Assembly: GCA_934229625.1 (NCBI GenBank)
Contig: CAKQDU010000008.1
Span: 360 to 64,359 of the forward strand
Direction: 5' to 3'
DNA from: an uncultured Alphaproteobacteria bacterium
GTDB taxonomy: Bacteria; Pseudomonadota; Alphaproteobacteria; RF32; CAG-239
DNA: 64,000 nt
Position numbers and translations under genes: made by a program. Under the pieces are notes generated by a model. That model was not told where the DNA came from. It did no database searches and worked only from the letters and a program-made list of their open reading frames with translations. Shown here piece by piece: positions 57,018 through 64,000 of this stretch (its first letter is position 1; each line of letters opens with the position of its first letter).

Positions 57018-58234
57018 AAAAAGCTTTCTCCGTATTTCATCGGTTCAAGTCCGTAAAAAGCGCAGATTGTCTGGGCAATATCAGCATAAGTTTGACGCTG
57101 TCCAATGTTTTGCGTCTGTACTTTTTTGCCAAACATTATAACCGGCACTTGTTCGCGCGTGTGGTCGGTTCCGGCATAGGTCGGGTCGCAGCCGTGGTCG
57201 GCGGTAATAAAGACAATGTCATCATCGCCTAAAAGCGGCAGCAGTTCCGGCAGACGAGAGTCAAAATATTCCAGTCCGCGCGCATAGCCGGCAACATCGC
57301 GGCGATGTCCATAGACCATGTCAAAATCAACAAAATTAGTGAAAACAACTGCGTCTTTCGGCGCTTTTTTCACTTGTTCCAGCGTCACATTCCAAAGTTC
57401 TTCCAAACCGCTGGCTTTATAGGCCTGAGTAATCCCCGAACCAGCGTATATATCGCGGATTTTGCCCACCGAAACAACCTCGTGTCCGGCATTTGCCGCT
57501 TTGTTTAAAACCGTAACTTCCGGCGGAGTAACCGAATAGTCGTGACGATTTTTGGTGCGGGTAAATTCGCCTTTATGCTCGCCCACAAATGGACGGGCGA
57601 TAATGCGGGCGATATTATAAGGTTTTGCCGCTTCAAAAGCGACTTCGCAAAGTTTATACAGGCGTTCCAAACCAAAATGCTCTTCATGGCAAGCAATTTG
57701 CAGCACGCTGTCGGCGGAGGTGTAAAAAATCGGCTTGCCGGTTTTCAGGTGTTCTTCGCCCAATTCTTCTATAATAGCGGTGCCGGACGCGGCAATATTA
57801 CCTAAAATCCCGTCAATATTGCCTTTGGCGCAAATTTCCGCCACCAATTCCGGCGGAAAAGAAGGATAATCCGGCTTAAAATACCCCCAGTCAAATAACA
57901 CTGGAGTACCGGCCATTTCCCAATGTCCGGAAGTTGTGTCCTTGCCTTTGCTGATTTCTTTGGCATGACCAAATTTATGACCTATTGCAAACGCCGGCTT
58001 GTTTTGGCAATGTAAATCCGTTTTATCGCCGCTGGCCTCAAATCCGGCTTGCTGTAGACCCAAATAAGCCAAATTCGGCACTTCTAAACGACCTTGTTTT
58101 TGAGCAATATGCGCAAACGTATTGGCTCCGACATTAGAAAAAGCGGCCGCGTCAGGCGCTCCGCCAATTCCAAAAGAGTCCATCATCAAGATAATAACTT
58201 TACCGCTCATTTTATATCTCCTCAATATGCTCAT
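57014..58234 (-). CDS. deoB: phosphopentomutase (probable true start at 58210, MSGKVII...)
   Basis: alkaline-phosphatase-superfamily metal ligands (MDSFGIG, TADHGCDP, GTDHTRE), ~400 aa. Confidence 0.9.
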   Translation of the reverse strand: MSILRRYKMSGKVIILMMDSFGIGGAPDAAAFSNVGANTFAHIAQKQGRLEVPNLAYLGLQQAGFEASGDKTDLHCQNKPAFAIGHKFGHAKEISKGKDTTSGHWEMAGTPVLFDWGYFKPDYPSFPPELVAEICAKGNIDGILGNIAASGTAIIEELGEEHLKTGKPIFYTSADSVLQIACHEEHFGLERLYKLCEVAFEAAKPYNIARIIARPFVGEHKGEFTRTKNRHDYSVTPPEVTVLNKAANAGHEVVSVGKIRDIYAGSGITQAYKASGLEELWNVTLEQVKKAPKDAVVFTNFVDFDMVYGHRRDVAGYARGLEYFDSRLPELLPLLGDDDIVFITADHGCDPTYAGTDHTREQVPVIMFGKKVQTQNIGQRQTYADIAQTICAFYGLEPMKYGESFL

Positions 58235-58279
58235 CTTTGAGATATAATGGCACAGTTTTATAAAATTGCAATAGTGAAT

Positions 58280-58552
58280 TTATTGCAATTGCCGAGGGTA
58301 GCGGCAAGCGTTAAATTTTATTTGCGACTGCGGCATAAGCATAACATCTTCGGATTTTTCCGATTTTTCTCCGGCGGCGGCAAAAACTTCTTCGGCATAC
58401 GCCTTTTTGGCGGCATAGAGCAAAAACAGCGGACGCTCTAATTTCAGTTTACCCAAAACTTCTTCCAATGCCTCAAAAGTGTCATAAATCGTGCCGGCAA
58501 AATAAAGATAGTTTTTCATTTCCGATTTTTTGTTTTGTATTAAAGTATTCAT
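58280..58552 (-). CDS. hypothetical protein
   Basis: 90-aa ORF. Confidence 0.3.
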   Translation of the reverse strand: MNTLIQNKKSEMKNYLYFAGTIYDTFEALEEVLGKLKLERPLFLLYAAKKAYAEEVFAAAGEKSEKSEDVMLMPQSQIKFNACRYPRQLQ

Positions 58553-59039
58553 TTTATCACCTCGTTCAAAATAATTCCGATAACAAAAATTTAAGAATAG
58601 TTAAAAAAATTTTAAATATAAAACATCGTCCAGCTTGACAAGGTTTATCCCATAAAATAAAGGAGTCTCATGATTTATATTTTTTTACATGCTTAAATAT
58701 TCCGGATGTTTTTCATGATGAATTTGCAATGCTTTTTGCGGAATTACATAAATATTGTCTGCCCAATCATCGACAATTTTACTGATTATATGATTATTGT
58801 CAAAACCTTCATGCAAATGTGCAGCCGATGACAAATCATAAATAATAACGTTGGCAAAGGTATGTGTTTTCATGGTTTCCTCCTTTTGCTGAATTTATAT
58901 AAAAAAATATAATGATGATTATGTTTTATGAAACCACGCTCACAACAAAAGTCTATGTAAAAATTAGGACAGGTATTTAAATATGTCCGCATAATGCAAA
59001 AAGACCTCTCTGTCTGAGAAGTCTTTTTTTTAGTTTTGA

Positions 59040-59126
59040 TGGTGCTCTGAAGAGGACTTGAACCTCCACGGGAGACCTCCCACATGCACCTGAAGCATGC
59101 GCGTCTACCAATTCCGCCACCAGAGC
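59040..59126 (-). tRNA. tRNA-Leu (anticodon CAG), CCA encoded
   Basis: reverse complement GCTCTGGTGGCGGAATTGGTAGACGCGCATGCTTCAGGTGCATGTGGGAGGTCTCCCGTGGAGGTTCAAGTCCTCTTCAGAGCACCA: 7-bp acceptor, 3-bp D stem, anticodon loop TTCAGGT, long variable arm, T loop TTCAAGT. Confidence 0.92.
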
Positions 59127-59223
59127 ATCTTGACAGCAAAACATATAGACGCATTTTTTGACCCTGTCAAGAATTTTTTACACATATTCTGCTTAGTATG
59201 AAAATTATGCAGCAAAACTTAAA

Positions 59224-60570
59224 TTAGTAATGGTCAGCCCACATGTCATCAAGTTTCTTTTGCAATGCAGCATCTTTACGTCTTTCTGCTTCTTCACGTC
59301 TCTTTTCTTTTGCTCTTGCTAATATTTCTTTTTCAGTATACAAACCCAATCCTTCTGATTCCAACCATTTTTTATATTTCTCACGGTTTTTAATACTCTT
59401 ATATTTATCACTTGCTATTTGATTAACTTTTCTTTCAAATTCCTTTTCAGCTGCTTCTTTTTGGTAGGCCTCCTGAGCTCTCTTTTTTTCTTCTTCTTCA
59501 TATTGACGACACGCTTTTATGTGTTCTTCTTTATCATACTTTGCTCTAATCTCAGAATCATTTTCAAAAAGCACCTCATGCATATTTGCTGAATTATCTT
59601 TTGCTGTTTCCAAAACAAGTTTTATTGTTTTTTCTTTATCACCTAACCTGAAATTTTTAATTGCATTTGACAAATATTCATAAGTTCTTTCAGTTGCAAC
59701 GTGTTTATCAAATACTTTTATCAAACGATAAATAGTTGCCTTATTTTTATAATCTGAAAACACAGCTTTTGTAATATCTTCATCCGACAATTTTACCCAA
59801 CAATGCTTTTCTTTTAACTTCAGCAATGCTGTTGTCATTTTCATATTTTGTTTGGCAGCAGGAACCAAAGCTGCTAAATTATTGCTTAATCTATATGAAT
59901 TATTGGATTGTGCCAATAATTTAACAAAATACTCTTTATCTTCATCTGACAAATCTAATGCTTTAATCAAATTGCCATTATAATTTTTATGAAGTTCAAC
60001 CATAGATTTTCCTGTTTTTTCAGGCAAACTATCAATAAATTCTTCATCGGCTTGATGCAAATAAGCAGCTTCTTTCAAATTTTCAACAAGAGAATCATTT
60101 GAAATAACATATGGATTATATTCTGGATTACCTAATTTTAAGCCACTATCATATAGTTTTTGTACATAATCGGCGTCTATAGCCAAAGCTTCCTGTAATT
60201 TTTCATATTTTCCGGCAGCTTCTTCTATTGTATAATATTGTTTTCTTTTTATTTCTTCCTGCTTTTGTTGTTCTTCTTCTTGTTTTTTGATATTTTCTTT
60301 CTCTATATCATCTTTCCATTTTTTGGAATTTTCTTTTTCTAATTTTAGCTTATAGTTGTTTATTTTATTTCTAATAGCTATACGTTTTTCTCTATCAGTA
60401 TCCAATTGCTCATCAAAATCCAATACATCCTCGTCGTCATACCCTTTGTCAAAGAATTTTTGTTCAGCTTTACGCCCCTCATCATCTGTAATTTTCTTTT
60501 CAAATTTAAGATACGCCATTGCTTTATATTCAACATAAGCATTTATAAATTCTTCATCAAATTTTCTCAT
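59224..60570 (-). CDS. K/E-rich coiled-coil hypothetical protein (448 aa)
   Basis: long ORF; runs of EEEQQKQEEIKRKQ and KEKRREEAERRKD; adjacent to tRNA-Leu. Confidence 0.45.
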   Translation of the reverse strand: MRKFDEEFINAYVEYKAMAYLKFEKKITDDEGRKAEQKFFDKGYDDEDVLDFDEQLDTDREKRIAIRNKINNYKLKLEKENSKKWKDDIEKENIKKQEEEQQKQEEIKRKQYYTIEEAAGKYEKLQEALAIDADYVQKLYDSGLKLGNPEYNPYVISNDSLVENLKEAAYLHQADEEFIDSLPEKTGKSMVELHKNYNGNLIKALDLSDEDKEYFVKLLAQSNNSYRLSNNLAALVPAAKQNMKMTTALLKLKEKHCWVKLSDEDITKAVFSDYKNKATIYRLIKVFDKHVATERTYEYLSNAIKNFRLGDKEKTIKLVLETAKDNSANMHEVLFENDSEIRAKYDKEEHIKACRQYEEEEKKRAQEAYQKEAAEKEFERKVNQIASDKYKSIKNREKYKKWLESEGLGLYTEKEILARAKEKRREEAERRKDAALQKKLDDMWADHY

Positions 60571-60768
60571 ATTTAGCTCCTGACAAACCGATTTTTATAC
60601 AATATAGACTTATATTTGCCACATATTCATATTTTTGTCAAGCAATTTATACAAAAAAAACACCGCCATTTGCGCAGATTAGTGCATAAAACAAGCGCAT
60701 AAAACAGCGGTGATTATTTAATTTAGGAGCTGTTTAGACAGATATTTCCGTCAAACTGCTTTATATAA

Positions 60769-61599
60769 CTAGCTAAACAGCGCTTTTATATCATAAATTC
60801 CATAAGCGTCTAAAAGCAACGCCGTGCCTAAAGCCACGCGATACAGAACAAACGGGAAAAACGACCACTTTTTCAGCCATTGCATCAGCACAAATATTGC
60901 CATCAACGAAAAGCCAAAAGAATAAATCGCTCCGTCACAAGCTGTCAGAAGCAAACCGATATCCCCGCTTTGCCAAATTTCATACCCCTCGACCAAACCT
61001 GCGGCGATAATTGTCGGAATAGAAAGCAACATAGAAAATTTAGCGGCCTCGCGACGCTCCAATCCCAAAAATCTTCCCATAGTAATAGTTATTCCGGAAC
61101 GGCTTGTCCCTGGTAATAAAGCCAAACATTGAGCCAAACCGATTAAAATGGCATCTTTTATTTCTAAATTGCGAATTTTTAATGCTGTCAGAGACATTTT
61201 GTCTATTACCCACAGCAACAAACCATACAGCAGAATATTCCAGCCGATAAGCTTTGTGCTGCGCAATTCTTCCGTCCCCATAAGTTTAAGCGCCAAACCG
61301 CAAAGTAATGCCGGAATGGTGGCAATCAGCACCAAATAAAACACTTTACAGCCATATATTTGAAAATTGGGCAGCAATTTGCTTTTTAACATTCCGACAA
61401 TCATATACCAAATATCGCGCCAAAAATAAATCATCACGGCTATAATAGAACCAATATGCAATGCCACGTCTATTTCCAGCCCCTGGTCGGGAAAATCCGT
61501 AAACTTTGAAAACAGAATCAAATGTCCGGAAGAACTTACCGGTAAAAATTCGGTAATTCCTTGCAGCAATGCCAACATAGTCAAATGAAAAGTAGTCAT
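60769..61599 (-). CDS. uppP: undecaprenyl-diphosphatase
   Basis: 276 aa, 8 TM; motifs GITEFLPVSSSGHL and PGTSRSGITI. Confidence 0.9.
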   Translation of the reverse strand: MTTFHLTMLALLQGITEFLPVSSSGHLILFSKFTDFPDQGLEIDVALHIGSIIAVMIYFWRDIWYMIVGMLKSKLLPNFQIYGCKVFYLVLIATIPALLCGLALKLMGTEELRSTKLIGWNILLYGLLLWVIDKMSLTALKIRNLEIKDAILIGLAQCLALLPGTSRSGITITMGRFLGLERREAAKFSMLLSIPTIIAAGLVEGYEIWQSGDIGLLLTACDGAIYSFGFSLMAIFVLMQWLKKWSFFPFVLYRVALGTALLLDAYGIYDIKALFS

Positions 61600-61600
61600 T

Positions 61601-62434
61601 TTAATCCTCTATTTTTTTACACTCTTTATTATAGAAATCCAACAAATTTTTGGCATCAAAGCGAACCCCGTTCAGCGAAGCTCCCCAATGCAGATGAGAA
61701 CCGGTTGCCCGTCCTGTTTTGCCTGCCAAGCCGATAGTCTGCCCTCTTTGCACCTTATCGCCTTTTTTCACAAGCGTTTTTTGCAGATGAGCATAAACCG
61801 TACTCAAATTATGTCCGTGTTCCAAAACCACCACATTGCCGCTATAAAAATACGGTCCGTCGCTCAAAGTGACAATTCCGTCAGCCGGCGCCTTAATTTC
61901 TGTTCCCTCCGGCACAGCGATATCCCACCCCTGATGCGGATTTTTCTTTTGTCCGTTCATAATGCGCTGCCCGCCGAAATTTCCGCTGGTGCGTCCCTCA
62001 GCCGGTTTCAGCATATCGGCTTTCCAACTTTCGGCATCGCTAAATTCATTCAGCGCACCGCCCACGTCTTTTTGCTCTTTTTGAATAGCCGTCCAATCGG
62101 TTTTAGCCGGAGCAACTTTGGAGCTTGGCAAACCGTCTACTTTCTGCACGTCCCATTTAGTCTGGGCAAGCTGCAGATTATAGGTGCGCATTGCGCCGTC
62201 TCTATAAAAAATTTTCAGCGGCTGCTGCAATTCAGCGTCACGCGCAAAGGCAATCGCCAATTCGCCGTTTTTATCTGCGGTGTAGGTTTTGCCGTTTAAT
62301 TTTATTTTAGCCAAATTATTATCCTGCAAACGGATAATTCCGCCCTGCTGCGCCGCTCCGCACATTGTCAAAGCTTCGGCCGGCAGCGCCGCCAGCACAC
62401 TACAAATCGTCAAACAAATCGCCTTGCACGGCAT
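61601..62434 (-). CDS. M23-family peptidase (LytM domain)
   Basis: HQGWDIAVPEGTEI...GNVVVLEHGHNLSTVYAHL...GKTGRATGSHLHWG. Confidence 0.85.
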   Translation of the reverse strand: MPCKAICLTICSVLAALPAEALTMCGAAQQGGIIRLQDNNLAKIKLNGKTYTADKNGELAIAFARDAELQQPLKIFYRDGAMRTYNLQLAQTKWDVQKVDGLPSSKVAPAKTDWTAIQKEQKDVGGALNEFSDAESWKADMLKPAEGRTSGNFGGQRIMNGQKKNPHQGWDIAVPEGTEIKAPADGIVTLSDGPYFYSGNVVVLEHGHNLSTVYAHLQKTLVKKGDKVQRGQTIGLAGKTGRATGSHLHWGASLNGVRFDAKNLLDFYNKECKKIED

Positions 62435-63737
62435 TGTGTTTCTCCATCATTTTAACCTTAACGATTCCGTCCACAAAGCGGATATGCAATTCATCGCAGC
62501 GTTTCGCCTGAGTAGCCGAATACAGCGTTTTAAACTGTCCGTCCGAAACCCAAGCAAACCCGCGTTTCAGCACCGATTCTACCGAAACAGAATCCAGACG
62601 CAGAGCCAAATTTTTCAGGCTTTCTTTCTTAGCGTCAAACAGATTCTTAATATAAAAAGGTTTCAAATTCGTCAATTTTAACAAATTATCTTTATCTTTC
62701 AGCAAATTTGCAAACGCCAATTTCAGCCGCTCGCTACGGTCATCTATTTTTTGCTGATTTTCCAGCACCAACTGCTCCAGAGGCGGAATCCCTCGCCCCA
62801 ACGCCTCCACATATTGCTTAAATTCACTCATATAGCGAGTAACCGCATTCTGCATACGTAAATCCGCAGTCAACAATGTGTTGTATATGTCTTTTTTGAC
62901 AGGAACAGCCAACTCCGCCGCACCTGTCGGTGTCGGAGCCCGTAAATCCGCCGCATAGTCAATCAGCATGGTGTCGGTTTCATGTCCAACCGCCGAAATC
63001 AGCGGAATAACCGAATCATAAACCGCTCGCACCACAACTTCTTCATTAAACGGCCACAAATCTTCCAAACTACCGCCTCCGCGCGCCACAATCAATACGT
63101 CCGGACGATTTTTATCCCCCAACGGCAAAGCATTAAATCCCTTAATCGCCGCGGCAATTTTCTCGGCAGCTCCTTCGCCTTGCACAGGCGTCGGCCACAC
63201 AATAATGCGGCTGGGAAATCTATCGCGCACCCGATGAATAATATCTCTGATAACCGCACCGGTCGGACTGGTTATAACACCGATGGTCTGCGGAAGATAT
63301 GGAATAGCTTTTTTATGCTCTTGAGCAAACAAACCCTCGGCCAAAAACTTTTGTTTGCGTTCTTCCAAAAGTTTCAGCAACGCACCTTCGCCGGCGATTT
63401 CCAGTTTTTCTATCACCAATTGATAGGACGAACGCCCGTTAAAAGTTGTGATACGTCCGCTGGCAATCACTTCTATTCCATCTTCAATTTTAAGCGGCAA
63501 AGTATTTGCCACACCGCGCCAACAAACGGCGGCAAGCAGAGAATTTTCATCTTTCAGCGACAAATACCAATGTCCGGAATCCGCGCGCTTAGCTCCAAAA
63601 ATTTCGCCTTTTACCCGCACAAATGCAAACGAATTTTCCACCAATTTTTTAATAGCGGCAGAAATTTCGCTCACAGTATATTCTTTTATTTCCGGCATCA
63701 TATCAATCATAAGCGGCATAATAGCGTATTTAGCCAA
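62400..63737 (-). CDS. xseA: exodeoxyribonuclease VII large subunit
   Basis: 445 aa; OB-fold N-terminus (VRVKGEI), central catalytic domain (VARGGGSLEDLW), coiled C-terminus. Confidence 0.9.
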   Translation of the reverse strand: MAKYAIMPLMIDMMPEIKEYTVSEISAAIKKLVENSFAFVRVKGEIFGAKRADSGHWYLSLKDENSLLAAVCWRGVANTLPLKIEDGIEVIASGRITTFNGRSSYQLVIEKLEIAGEGALLKLLEERKQKFLAEGLFAQEHKKAIPYLPQTIGVITSPTGAVIRDIIHRVRDRFPSRIIVWPTPVQGEGAAEKIAAAIKGFNALPLGDKNRPDVLIVARGGGSLEDLWPFNEEVVVRAVYDSVIPLISAVGHETDTMLIDYAADLRAPTPTGAAELAVPVKKDIYNTLLTADLRMQNAVTRYMSEFKQYVEALGRGIPPLEQLVLENQQKIDDRSERLKLAFANLLKDKDNLLKLTNLKPFYIKNLFDAKKESLKNLALRLDSVSVESVLKRGFAWVSDGQFKTLYSATQAKRCDELHIRFVDGIVKVKMMEKHNAVQGDLFDDL

Positions 63738-63798
63738 ATAATCAACCGCCTTTTATAATTTCTGCACGGATTTCAGCACAATCATTTTCTGGCGGAAA

Positions 63799-64000
63799 TC
63801 AATCGTTAAAATTATTGCGCATAAATTGAATTTCTTCAGAATATCCGGCTAAATCATTGGGAGTTTCCAAAACAAAAGGCAAATGTTTAACCGCTTGATG
63901 ATTAACAAAACGTATAAGCGCTTCCGCACCGATTTCACCATTCCCGATTTTGGCGTGACGGTCTTTGTTTGAGCCAAGCGACATCATGCTGTCGTTCAAG
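63799..64000 (-). CDS. nfo: endonuclease IV, C-terminal part (5' end outside window)
   Basis: ...HAKIGNGEIG...LPFVLETPND matches Nfo C-terminal metal-binding region. Confidence 0.75.
   Translation of the reverse strand, partial: LNDSMMSLGSNKDRHAKIGNGEIGAEALIRFVNHQAVKHLPFVLETPNDLAGYSEEIQFMRNNFND

Noticed and set aside
58870-59154. 94-aa ORF on the minus strand
   Set aside because: It completely overlaps the well-formed tRNA-Leu(CAG) gene (59040-59126) and its terminator region. It has a Cys/Arg/Gly-rich composition typical of out-of-frame translation.

Overview
This 64-kb window looks like it comes from a low-GC (~38% by eye) bacterium that is probably an alphaproteobacterium. The basis is the alpha-type L19 with a C-terminal extension, the HU sequence and a bactofilin/M23 pair.

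Housekeeping genes I recognise are argS, priA, mutS, rpsP-rimM-trmD-rplS, ffh, smpB, HU, uppP, xseA, a partial nfo, deoB, pgeF, ampD and a tRNA-Leu(CAG). They sit around three accessory blocks.

(1) 10.4-27.0 kb is a phage-derived, podovirus-like block with no integrase in view. It carries a large terminase, a portal, a scaffold, a major capsid, a tail-collar fibre, a holin plus a SleB-type hydrolase, a GroES-like protein, a GNAT and an XRE repressor.

(2) A dispersed family of at least six paralogous type-IV-prepilin-like proteins. Each has a G|RSMIEML...E+5 N-terminal helix and a Cys-rich C-terminal domain. One copy is cut by the window start. Three copies carry a ~290-bp conserved promoter-leader module with a near-consensus sigma-70 promoter, an 18-codon uORF spanning a (TC)7 tract and a 9-bp inverted repeat. 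A truncated orphan copy of that module is also present. A MacB/ABC/HlyD tripartite exporter and an M23 peptidase plus bactofilin pair are embedded between the paralogs.

(3) 50.6-55.4 kb is a variable locus. It holds a near-identical ~480-bp tandem duplication with one truncated copy, a portable terminator plus consensus-promoter cassette present twice, and a two-member MANFDY paralog family. One member is split by a 1-nt frameshift in an A7 tract and is a phase-variation candidate.

Two unexplained structured non-coding elements (10141-10330 and 35929-36124) are flagged. No CRISPR array or rRNA is present.
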